NCBI GenBank assembly: GCA_964467155.1
Contig: CAYXNZ010000004.1
Coordinates: 533 to 64,532 of the forward strand
DNA length: 64,000 bases
From: an uncultured Gammaproteobacteria bacterium
Lineage (GTDB): Bacteria; Patescibacteriota; Patescibacteriia; Patescibacteriales; GWC2-42-12
Reading direction: 5' to 3'
Shown here: one piece after another, positions 8,302 to 16,782 of the stretch
Position numbering within the stretch: the stretch's first letter is position 1
How the letters are laid out: each line of letters opens with the position of its first letter
Translations under genes and position numbers: made by a program
The notes under the pieces: model-generated
What the model saw: the letters and a program-made list of their open reading frames with translations, nothing else
Told to the model about the DNA's origin: nothing
Database searches by the model: none

Positions 8302-8733
8302 ATGTTTATAGGAGAATATAATCATAGTTTAGACGGAAAAGGCAGGTTAGCTATACCTGCTAAGTTTCGTTCTCAATTAAAAGGTGGAGCAGTCGTAACC
8401 CGTGGTTTGGATAACTGTTTGTTTTTGTATCCTAAGAAGCAATGGTTAGAATTAGCTGATAAATTATCTAAATTACCAATTAGTCAAGCTAATACCAGAG
8501 CATTTAGCCGATTGATGCTAGCTGGTGCAATGGATGTTGATTTTGATAATCAAGGACGGATTATGGTTCCTGAATATTTAAGAAAGTTTGCTGGACTTAC
8601 TAAGAAAGCAGTTGTTGCTGGACTTTATGATCGTTTGGAAGTTTGGGATGAAAAAAAATGGAATAGATATAAAGTTATCACAGAAAAAAAGAGTAATTCT
8701 ATCGCTGAGGGATTAGGAGAACTCGGCGTTTAA
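8302..8733 (+). CDS. mraZ: Transcriptional regulator MraZ
   Basis: 'MFIGEYNHSLDGKGRLAIPAKFR' plus a second SpoVT/AbrB-like half. It is followed by rsmH. Confidence 0.9.
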   Translation: MFIGEYNHSLDGKGRLAIPAKFRSQLKGGAVVTRGLDNCLFLYPKKQWLELADKLSKLPISQANTRAFSRLMLAGAMDVDFDNQGRIMVPEYLRKFAGLTKKAVVAGLYDRLEVWDEKKWNRYKVITEKKSNSIAEGLGELGV

Positions 8734-8902
8734 ATAAAAAAATAAAAACAAAAATATGACAAAAAAAATTAAATGTAATTTAAAAAAAGAGTTAACCGCC
8801 ACAAGAGTGAGCGTTAAAGTATTAAAAGCACCTTTTGTCGATACAGCTGAATTAAAAAGAGTCATTTATGCTCGAGCTAATGCATTAGTTATTTAATCCA
8901 TT

Positions 8903-9856
8903 ATGACTTATAATCACATTCCCGTAATGCTTGAAGAGGTTATTCAGGGTCTTAATCTGCAAAAAGGAAAAAATTATATTGATTGTACTCTAGGTGGAGC
9001 AGGTTATACTTTGAAAATTGCACAGAATATCGGAGATGGAAAAGTTCTGGGGATTGATCTGGACACAAAAGCTATAAAAAATGCAGAAGAAAAAATCAAA
9101 AAATCAAAAATAAAAAATATTATTTTAACACATGATAACTTTAAAAACTTATCTCAGATTGTCAAAAAGAATTTTAAACAAGAATGGATTAAGAACATTG
9201 GTGGGATTATTTTTGATTTGGGCTTATCATCAGCTCAACTCGAAGACAGGAGCCGTGGATTCAGTTTTTTGGTGGATGCAGCGTTGATAATGAATTTTAA
9301 TCAAGAAGCAGAAGAAAATAAAACAGCTGATTACATTTTAAATAATTATTCAGAAAAAGAGCTAGCAGAAATATTTGAAAAATATGGCGAAGAAAGATTT
9401 GCGAAGAGAATTGCTCGTGGCATTGAAGAGCAAAAACAGATTAGTCCAATTAAAACTACTTTTCAATTAGTTGAAATAATTAAAAAAGTTGTACCTAAAA
9501 AATTTCATTACGCAAAAATTCATCCAGCGACAAAAGTTTTTCAAGCCTTACGAATTTCCGTTAATGATGAATTAACAAATTTATTATTAGTTTTAAAAGA
9601 TTCTTTGGCATTATTGCCGAGTGGAAGTCGATTAGCAGTAGTTTCTTTTCATAGTTTAGAAGATAGATTAGTGAAGAACTTTTTCAGACAAGAGGCAAAA
9701 GATTGTATCTGCCCACCTAGTTACCCTGCTTGTCGTTGCCAGCACAAGGCGCGACTTAAAATATTAACAAAGAAGATTATTCAGCCAACTGAGCAAGAAG
9801 TTGAGTCTAATCCGCGTTCTCGTAGTGCAAAATTACGAGTGGCGGAGAAAATATAA
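8903..9856 (+). CDS. rsmH: 16S rRNA (cytosine1402-N4)-methyltransferase RsmH
   Basis: 'HIPVMLEEV...DCTLGGAGYT' and 'SFHSLEDR' motifs. The position after mraZ also fits. Confidence 0.9.
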   Translation: MTYNHIPVMLEEVIQGLNLQKGKNYIDCTLGGAGYTLKIAQNIGDGKVLGIDLDTKAIKNAEEKIKKSKIKNIILTHDNFKNLSQIVKKNFKQEWIKNIGGIIFDLGLSSAQLEDRSRGFSFLVDAALIMNFNQEAEENKTADYILNNYSEKELAEIFEKYGEERFAKRIARGIEEQKQISPIKTTFQLVEIIKKVVPKKFHYAKIHPATKVFQALRISVNDELTNLLLVLKDSLALLPSGSRLAVVSFHSLEDRLVKNFFRQEAKDCICPPSYPACRCQHKARLKILTKKIIQPTEQEVESNPRSRSAKLRVAEKI

Positions 9857-9870
9857 AAATAAAAACAAAT

Positions 9871-10197
9871 ATGAAAAAATCAGACCAAGAGAGTAAAAAC
9901 AAAAAGAATCAATTATTAAATTTGAGAAATTTTAATCATCTTCTGCTTGGCATGATAATTGTTTGTGGTGTGTATTATATTGTTGGCACAAACGAGCTCT
10001 CAATAAAGGGTTTTGAATTACAAGAGTTAAAAGAAAATAAACAACAAATTTTGAAAGAAAATGAATTGAATGAATTAAGTACGATGCAATTAAGTTCTTA
10101 TAATAATATTAATGAAAGAGTTAAAGCGCTGGACATGGTGGCAGTTGGTGAAGTAAAATATATTTCTGGCGATTCAGTTGTAGTGGCAAAAAAATAA
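9871..10197 (+). CDS. ftsL: FtsL-like single-pass cell-division protein
   Basis: 108 aa with one TM helix and a coiled-coil-like tail. It sits in the canonical position between rsmH and the PBP. Confidence 0.5.
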   Translation: MKKSDQESKNKKNQLLNLRNFNHLLLGMIIVCGVYYIVGTNELSIKGFELQELKENKQQILKENELNELSTMQLSSYNNINERVKALDMVAVGEVKYISGDSVVVAKK

Positions 10198-10247
10198 TTT
10201 TATTTTTTAAAAATAAATAACTGGCCATTTGGCAGGCTTAATTTTAT

Positions 10248-12314
10248 ATGATTAGGCGGAGAAAACAAGAAAGAAAACAACAACAGTTTAAAAGTAGTCG
10301 CGTTAATCTAGTAATGGCGATTATTTTTTTATTAGGCGGATGTGTATTATATCGCCTGTTTAGCTTACAGGTTTTACAAAATGATTTATATGTTAGTTTG
10401 GCTTCGGGACAGCATGAAGCGACAAATATTTTAGCGCCACAGAGAGGTAAAATATTTTTTTCTCAAAATGATGGTGATTTATATCCCGTCGCTACCAATA
10501 AAGATTTTGCTCAAGTTTATGTAGTGCCTAAAGATGTAAAATTGGGAGATAAGATGGTCGAACAATTTTATTTACTTTTTAAAGAAAAACAAGTAATTGA
10601 AGAAGTCGATGAATTATTGGAAGAGCAAGACGAGGAAAGATTAAAAAAAGAACTTGATTATGTCGATAATTTAGATATAGATAATAAAGAAGAAAGACGT
10701 CAACAAGTAATAAACGAACATAACTCCTTAATGGTTGATAAAACTTATTTAGAATTAAAAAATTTAAAAAGAGAAAAAGAAATAGAAGATAGAAAGAATG
10801 AAATAATAGAGGGATATTTAAAAAAAATAAATAAGCCGAATGATCCATATGAGCCAATCCAGAAAAAAGTTGACAAAGAAGTTTTAAAGAAGCTCTATAT
10901 ATCTCTTAGTGATAATTTCAATTATTCGATAAAAAATTTATTAGTTGAAGATGGTGCTATTTATTATCAAGACGCAAATAATGATTTAACAAAAGTAGAG
11001 GTAGATGGTTTAGGATTTAGACTTGAATCTTTCCGTTTTTATCCAGAGGGAAATATTGGGTCAAATTCAATTGGTTTTGTTGGATTAAGTGATAATACAC
11101 CAATCGGACATTATGGTCTCGAAGGTTTTTTTAATGAAGAGCTATCTGGTAAATATGGAAGAGTATCAGCTGATAAAAGTGCTAGAGGAGAAATGATTAT
11201 TATTAATGATCGTGAATACACCAAACCACAAGATGGATCGGATTTAATTCTTACGATTGATCGATCAATTCAATACGCGGCCTGTCAAAAGTTAAATGAA
11301 TTTGCTTCAACGCACGGTGCAGATGGCGGGAGTGTTATTATAATGAAACCTGAAACAGGAGAAATAATTGCCATGTGTTCATATCCAGACTATGACCCCA
11401 ATATTTATCAAGAAGTTGAAGACATAAAGGTGTACAATAACCCAGCCATATTTGATCAATATGAACCGGGATCTGTTTTTAAAACTATTACTATGGCAGC
11501 CGCCTTGGATCAGGAAAAAGTTACTCCAGAAACAATTTATAATGATGAAGGTCAAATTATGGTTGAGGGTTGGCATAAGCCGATTAAAAATTCTGATTTT
11601 GATTCACATGGTGGTTATGGTGAAGTGAATATGAATTCGGTATTAGAAAATTCTTTAAATACTGGTGCAATTTTTGCAATGGAGCAAATCGGATCATCAA
11701 TATTTGCTGATTATGTAAAAAAGTTTGGTTTTGGCGAAAAGACGGGGATTGAGATGGAAACAGAAAACTCTGGCGATATAGAATATTTAAAAAAGAAAAA
11801 AGTGCAAGATATTTATGCCGCTACCGCTTCATTTGGTCAAGGCTTGACGACTACACCGTTGCAAATGGCAGTAGCCTACAATACTATTGCTAATGGTGGT
11901 GTTATGATGAAGCCATTTATTGTTAAAAAAATAATAGATAATGAAGGTAAAGAAGAAATTATTAAACCAAGAATTGTTGGAAGAGTAATCTCTGAAAAAG
12001 CAGCAACAATTTTATCAGGTATGTTAGTTAATGTTGTTGAAGGTGGACATGCAAAATTGGCTGGTATTGATGGTTATTTTATTGGAGGCAAGACGGGCAC
12101 TGCCCAGGTCGCCTCAGCTAGCTCACGGGGGTACGGTAGCAAGACCATCCATACTTTCGTTGGTTTCGGTCCAGTTGATGATCCTAAATTTGTTATGTTG
12201 GTAAAATTAGACGACCCAAGGGATATGGTTTACGCCGCTTCTTCAGCTGCACCGCTATTTGGCACAATTTCTGAATTTATGCTAAATTATTGGCAAGTGC
12301 CTAAGATAAGATAA
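10248..12314 (+). CDS. ftsI: Penicillin-binding protein 2/FtsI-type transpeptidase
   Basis: SxxK 'SVFK', SxN 'SLN' and 'KTGT' motifs, plus an N-terminal TM helix. The N-domain carries a K/E-rich insert. Confidence 0.85.
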   Translation: MIRRRKQERKQQQFKSSRVNLVMAIIFLLGGCVLYRLFSLQVLQNDLYVSLASGQHEATNILAPQRGKIFFSQNDGDLYPVATNKDFAQVYVVPKDVKLGDKMVEQFYLLFKEKQVIEEVDELLEEQDEERLKKELDYVDNLDIDNKEERRQQVINEHNSLMVDKTYLELKNLKREKEIEDRKNEIIEGYLKKINKPNDPYEPIQKKVDKEVLKKLYISLSDNFNYSIKNLLVEDGAIYYQDANNDLTKVEVDGLGFRLESFRFYPEGNIGSNSIGFVGLSDNTPIGHYGLEGFFNEELSGKYGRVSADKSARGEMIIINDREYTKPQDGSDLILTIDRSIQYAACQKLNEFASTHGADGGSVIIMKPETGEIIAMCSYPDYDPNIYQEVEDIKVYNNPAIFDQYEPGSVFKTITMAAALDQEKVTPETIYNDEGQIMVEGWHKPIKNSDFDSHGGYGEVNMNSVLENSLNTGAIFAMEQIGSSIFADYVKKFGFGEKTGIEMETENSGDIEYLKKKKVQDIYAATASFGQGLTTTPLQMAVAYNTIANGGVMMKPFIVKKIIDNEGKEEIIKPRIVGRVISEKAATILSGMLVNVVEGGHAKLAGIDGYFIGGKTGTAQVASASSRGYGSKTIHTFVGFGPVDDPKFVMLVKLDDPRDMVYAASSAAPLFGTISEFMLNYWQVPKIR

Positions 12315-12323
12315 TTTTTAAGT

Positions 12324-13616
12324 ATGAAAAAAATAATTCAGTTAAAATTAAAAATATTAGCAAAATTGATATTAGCTAAATATAAGCCAGATGTTATTGG
12401 TGTTACTGGCAGTGTTGGTAAAACCAGTGCTAAGGAAGCGATTTTTGCAGTTTTATCTGTTCAATATAAAGTCAGAAGGAATGTTAAAAATTATAATAAT
12501 GAAATCGGTTTACCTTTAACAATTATTGGTGTTAATTCTCCTGGTCGCTCAATAGTCGGTTGGATAAAACTTTTTGCAAAGGCTTTGTTTTTAATTTTAT
12601 TTAAAGATAAAAATTATCCGGAGATATTAGTTTTAGAGATGGGTGTTGATCGTCCCGGCGATATGGCATATTTACAAACTATTGTTAAACCAAGAATCGG
12701 AGTAATCACCTTAATTGGTCCAGTACATTTAGAATTTTTTGGTTCAATTGAAAAAATAAAAGAAGAAAAAACAAATTTAATAAAAAAATTACCTAAAAAT
12801 GGTTGGGCGATAATAAATTATGATGACGAGAAATTAACTAGTGTGAAAGAGGAATTGGAAAATCAAGTTTTAACTTATGGTTTTAACGAGAAAGCTGATA
12901 TTCAAGCCAAAGAAATGACCTTTAGTTTTAATGATAATGAGGAAAAATTAAGAGGAGTGAGTTTTAAAATAAAATATAACGGTTCAACTGTTCCAGTATT
13001 ATTACCCGAGGTATTAGGACAAGCTGTTGTTTATGCTGCTTTAGCTGGTGTGGCTGCTGGAATTGTTTATAATATTAATTCAATTAAGATTTCGCAGGCA
13101 TTAGGTAGTTTTAAATCACCAAATGGTAGGTTAAAATTGTTAAATGGTATAAAAAATACTATTATCATTGACGACACATATAATTCTTCACCACAATCAG
13201 CTAAAGTTGCTTTAGAGATTTTTAAAAAGATTCCGATAGAGACAAGCGGTCGGCGGATTGCGGTTCTGGGTGATATGCTTGAATTAGGTGATTACAGCGA
13301 AAAAGCACATCAAGAAATCGGACAATTGGTTTTTAAAACAAAAGTTGATAAATTATATTTAGTTGGTGAACGAGCGAGGGATATTGCTCGTGGCGCTAAA
13401 AAGGCAGGCATGTTGAAAGATAACATTTTTCATTTTAGCAATAGCAATGAAGCTAAAAAGTTTATTCAAGAAAGGATTAAACAAAACGACATAATATTAA
13501 TTAAAGGTTCGCAGGGTATGCGAATGGAAAAAATTGTTAAAGAAATAATGGCTGAACCAAATAGAGCAGAGGAATTATTAGTTAGGCAAGGTAAAGAATG
13601 GACAGACAAGAATTAA
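12324..13616 (+). CDS. murF: UDP-MurNAc-tripeptide--D-Ala-D-Ala ligase MurF
   Basis: P-loop 'GVTGSVGKTS', 'NYNNEIGLP' and 'DDTYNSSP'. The dcw-cluster context also fits. Confidence 0.8.
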   Translation: MKKIIQLKLKILAKLILAKYKPDVIGVTGSVGKTSAKEAIFAVLSVQYKVRRNVKNYNNEIGLPLTIIGVNSPGRSIVGWIKLFAKALFLILFKDKNYPEILVLEMGVDRPGDMAYLQTIVKPRIGVITLIGPVHLEFFGSIEKIKEEKTNLIKKLPKNGWAIINYDDEKLTSVKEELENQVLTYGFNEKADIQAKEMTFSFNDNEEKLRGVSFKIKYNGSTVPVLLPEVLGQAVVYAALAGVAAGIVYNINSIKISQALGSFKSPNGRLKLLNGIKNTIIIDDTYNSSPQSAKVALEIFKKIPIETSGRRIAVLGDMLELGDYSEKAHQEIGQLVFKTKVDKLYLVGERARDIARGAKKAGMLKDNIFHFSNSNEAKKFIQERIKQNDIILIKGSQGMRMEKIVKEIMAEPNRAEELLVRQGKEWTDKN

Positions 13617-13647
13617 GAGTTATGAATTACGAATTAGAAATAAAAAA

Positions 13648-13675
13648 ATCTCGGAAAATTCCGAGATTTTTTATT
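13648..13675 (+). terminator. Intrinsic terminator after murF
   Basis: ATCTCGG-AAAATT-CCGAGAT hairpin followed by TTTTTT. Confidence 0.7.
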
Positions 13676-13680
13676 TTATT

Positions 13681-13880
13681 GTACCGCTACGGGGCCCGCC
13701 TACGCCTACGGCTTCGGACGGATAAAAATCGAACCCCATATTCATTATTAACTATTCATTCGTAATTCGTATTTTATTTTGTACCGCTACGGGGCCCGCC
13801 TACGCCTACGGCTTCGGACGGATAAAAATCGAACCCCATATTCATTATTAACTATTCATTCGTAATTCGTATTTTATTTT
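13681..13880. repeat. Two perfect 100-bp tandem repeats, each holding a tRNA-Glu 3'-end copy split by a 32-nt G+C-rich insert
   Basis: 13681-13780 is identical to 13781-13880 by direct reading. Each unit carries GGGGTTCGATT + 32 nt + CCCCGTAGCGGTAC when read in the tRNA orientation. Confidence 0.9.
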
Positions 13881-13881
13881 G

Positions 13882-13953
13882 TACCGCTACGGGGAATCGA
13901 ACCCCGGTTACCAGGATGAGAACCTGGCGTCCTAACCACTAGACGATAGCGGC
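13882..13953 (-). tRNA. tRNA-Glu (anticodon CUC)
   Basis: Hand-folded 72-nt cloverleaf. Acceptor GCCGCTA/TAGCGGT (G1-U72), D arm GTCT..GGAC, anticodon stem CCAGG/CCTGG with loop TTCTCAT, T arm CGGGG-TTCGATT-CCCCG. No CCA is encoded. Confidence 0.85.
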
Positions 13954-14190
13954 AAATTTATTTTAATATTAGCTATTTAAAAATACTTTTCAACTTGTTT
14001 TCCACAGTTTTTTATACAATCATTTATGAATAGTATCAACTTTTCTTCCTCTTGACAATTTATGACGTAAAACTTATTTTTAAACTACTATAAATAGGGA
14101 AACCTATTTTTTAGTGCCTGTTAATTTTTTTTGACAGCGCATGGGGATTGAGAGTACCCGTTTATCTTTTCTGATAGGCGGGTGCTTTTT

Positions 14191-15144
14191 TTATGAAAGA
14201 ACTGTACCAACAAAATTATTGTTTCCTCTCATAAAATCTTCAGCTGACAAAACTTTTTTCCCTTCAATTTGAATTTTTTTTATTATTAATGAATCAATTC
14301 CACATTGAACAGCTAAACCACTATTGTAAATAAAAGTTTTGCCTGATTTATAGGTGTTTATTTCTATTGTTTTCTGTTGCACTTCTAGTATTTTAACTTG
14401 TTTGCCTTGATGCCATGTCCAAGCAGATGGCCATAAATACATTGCTCTGGTAAATCTTTCAATTTCTTTAGCTGACTTGTTCCATTCAATTAAGCCATCT
14501 GATTTTTTAATTTTACCAATATAATCAGTCTTTGTTTTGTCCTGAGGGATTAATTTAAGTTTGCCTTCAGTATATTTTTTTAAAGAATCTATGACAAGGT
14601 TAGCGCTTTTGTCTGACAATTTATCATATAAAGTTTCGGCAGTTTCATTATTATTTAATTTTACTTTAAGTTGAGCAATTATCGGGCCAGTATCTAATCC
14701 CTCATCCATTTTTATAAGAGTTAGTCCGGAATATTGATCACCGTTCATTATTGGAGCTTGAATGACTCCTGCGCCTCGGTATCTTGGAAGAAGCGAGCCA
14801 TGAAGATTTACGCAACCAAACTTTGGAATTTCTAAAATACTTTTTGGAATAATTTGAGCATAAGCAATCACAACAATTATGTCTGGATTAATTTGAATTA
14901 GTTCATTTTTTATTGTTTCAATTTTTTTTGGTTGTAAAATTTTAATTTCATGTTCTAAGGCGACTTGTTTAATTGGTGAAGCAGTGATAATTTGTTTACG
15001 TCCAACTGGCATATCTGGTTGACTGATTACTAAAGCTACGTCAAATTCTTTGTCATCAATAAGTGCACGCAAAGACGACACACCAAAATCAGGTGTGCCG
15101 ATAAAGACAACTTTAGTCGATTTATAATATTTCATGCTCTTCAA
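14191..15144 (-). CDS. fmt: Methionyl-tRNA formyltransferase
   Basis: 'VVFIGTPDFG', 'NLHGSLLPRYRGA' and the def-fmt gene pair. The real start may be the ATG at 15135. Confidence 0.9.
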   Translation of the reverse strand: MKSMKYYKSTKVVFIGTPDFGVSSLRALIDDKEFDVALVISQPDMPVGRKQIITASPIKQVALEHEIKILQPKKIETIKNELIQINPDIIVVIAYAQIIPKSILEIPKFGCVNLHGSLLPRYRGAGVIQAPIMNGDQYSGLTLIKMDEGLDTGPIIAQLKVKLNNNETAETLYDKLSDKSANLVIDSLKKYTEGKLKLIPQDKTKTDYIGKIKKSDGLIEWNKSAKEIERFTRAMYLWPSAWTWHQGKQVKILEVQQKTIEINTYKSGKTFIYNSGLAVQCGIDSLIIKKIQIEGKKVLSAEDFMRGNNNFVGTVLS

Positions 15145-15592
15145 TTTTTTTAGCTTTATCTATAAAAAGTATGCCGTCTAGATGATCAGTTTCGTGTTGA
15201 ATTACTCTAGCCATAAGTCCTTTAGCTTCAATTTTCTTTTTCTTGCCGTGATTATTTAAATATTCGCAAGTAAGTTTTTTGTGTCGTTTAACATCGCCGT
15301 AAATGCCAGGCAGAGATAAGCATCCTTCTGTGTCCCATTCCTTTGCCCATGATTTTTTTATTATTTTTGGATTTATCATGCATAATGAACCACTTTTCGT
15401 ATTAGCGACAATCATTCTGACTGATTTTCCAATTTGTGGAGCAGCTAATCCAGCACCATCTCGTTCGGCCATTGTTTCGGACAAATTTAAAGATAAGGTC
15501 TTAATTTCTTCAAAATCAATTTCATTAGATTTAATTTTTATTGATTTTTTTCTTAAAATTGGATCTGGATTGATAAATATTGGTAATACCAT
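15122..15592 (-). CDS. def: Peptide deformylase
   Basis: 'GAGLAAPQIG', 'EGCLS' and 'HETDHLDG' motifs. Confidence 0.9.
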   Translation of the reverse strand: MVLPIFINPDPILRKKSIKIKSNEIDFEEIKTLSLNLSETMAERDGAGLAAPQIGKSVRMIVANTKSGSLCMINPKIIKKSWAKEWDTEGCLSLPGIYGDVKRHKKLTCEYLNNHGKKKKIEAKGLMARVIQHETDHLDGILFIDKAKKIEEHEIL

Positions 15593-15662
15593 ATTTTTTT
15601 ATTATTATTTAAAAAATTTACCACAAAAGTGAGTTTTCAGCAATAGTATTATTGTTTTTTTG

Positions 15663-15671
15663 TGCTATAAT
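15663..15671 (+). promoter_or_regulatory. Extended -10 element TGCTATAAT, 6 nt upstream of an ATG
   Basis: Read directly. The 6-nt spacing to the ATG at 15678 suggests a leaderless mRNA. Confidence 0.4.
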
Positions 15672-15677
15672 GATTTT

Positions 15678-15962
15678 ATGAAACAAGACAAAGGATTAAA
15701 AAAAATAGGGGATTTATTCGATTTTTCTGGAGAGAAGGGTCAATTTAGTCAAGCAAAAAAACCGCCAGCTTATCAATGGCAGGAGCTGGCTTTAAAAATT
15801 ATTAGTGAATTGAGTGTCCCTAATTTTAAACGAAACTCAGTTTTTAAAATATGCAAGATTAAATCTCGAGATTTTGTTGAAAAATGTTTAAATGACACAA
15901 AGGAATTATGTCAGACCGGTGAAAGATGGAAATATTTTTTTAAAATAGCAGCCAAAAAATAA
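15678..15962 (+). CDS. Hypothetical protein (94 aa from the ATG; the track begins at TTG 15660)
   Basis: ORF only; I recognised no motif. Confidence 0.35.
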   Translation: MKQDKGLKKIGDLFDFSGEKGQFSQAKKPPAYQWQELALKIISELSVPNFKRNSVFKICKIKSRDFVEKCLNDTKELCQTGERWKYFFKIAAKK

Positions 15963-15968
15963 AGAAGA

Positions 15969-16763
15969 TTAGTGGTTTATTTTAAAATTTATTACAGCAT
16001 AACCGACACCAAACGGTGCTTCATAGGATAAAAGTTGCGGAGTATGATTAATTTCGTCAAGGATACCCAATAGAATTAAGATTGATCTAAGACCACATTC
16101 TCCAGCTTCTATAGCAAAACTTGGGTTAATGTTTAAGATTTTATTTGATTCGTCTTTAGTAATATATTCAATTAATTTTTTATCAAATTTTTTACCTTTT
16201 GCACTGTAGCCAGCTGGAGATTCTTTAGTTAAGCGATGAGACAAGTCTCCTGAAGCAATTATGGCTACTCTTTTTTTTGTTAAAACTAATTCACGTTTAA
16301 GTAATTTACCAAAATCATAATGAGCTTCAAAGCTTAATCCCGAATAATAAAGCGGGATTATTTTTATGTTTGGTAAATTTTTTGTCAACATGTAGACAGG
16401 CACCGATACTCCGTGATCTAAATCAGGCTGACTTAACATTTGAATTGGTGCCTTAGTCTCAGTGTATTCACGTATCTCGTGGGTCAAAGCCACTTCTCCC
16501 TTTATTTTTGCAGTCGTTGAGTATTCTCCAAATTCACGAAAATTTAAATCAAAAGTATCGCATAAATTTAAGGTGAAAGTTTTATTTTGGATTGGACCAT
16601 GTGGAGATATTATTAACAATACGTCAGGTTGTGTCACATATAAATCACACTCAAGTTTTTTATACGCTTCAGCGGTTTTGTTAAGCCTAGCTGAATTTTC
16701 TTTGCCAATAGTCGGTATTAGGACGGGTGGATGAGGGACTATGGCTGAAAATACTATAGACAT
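15969..16763 (-). CDS. Class III extradiol dioxygenase (LigB)/Memo-superfamily protein
   Basis: The N-terminus 'IVPHPPVLIP' and 'IISPHGP' are typical of LigB-family subunit-B-like proteins. Confidence 0.55.
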   Translation of the reverse strand: MSIVFSAIVPHPPVLIPTIGKENSARLNKTAEAYKKLECDLYVTQPDVLLIISPHGPIQNKTFTLNLCDTFDLNFREFGEYSTTAKIKGEVALTHEIREYTETKAPIQMLSQPDLDHGVSVPVYMLTKNLPNIKIIPLYYSGLSFEAHYDFGKLLKRELVLTKKRVAIIASGDLSHRLTKESPAGYSAKGKKFDKKLIEYITKDESNKILNINPSFAIEAGECGLRSILILLGILDEINHTPQLLSYEAPFGVGYAVINFKINH

Positions 16764-16782
16764 ATTATTTTAAAGTAAAAGA

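Noticed and set aside
13681-13880. Possible CRISPR array at the 100-bp repeats.
   Set aside because: There are only two units, they are directly abutting with no unique spacers, the 100-bp unit is far too long, and the content is derived from the tRNA.
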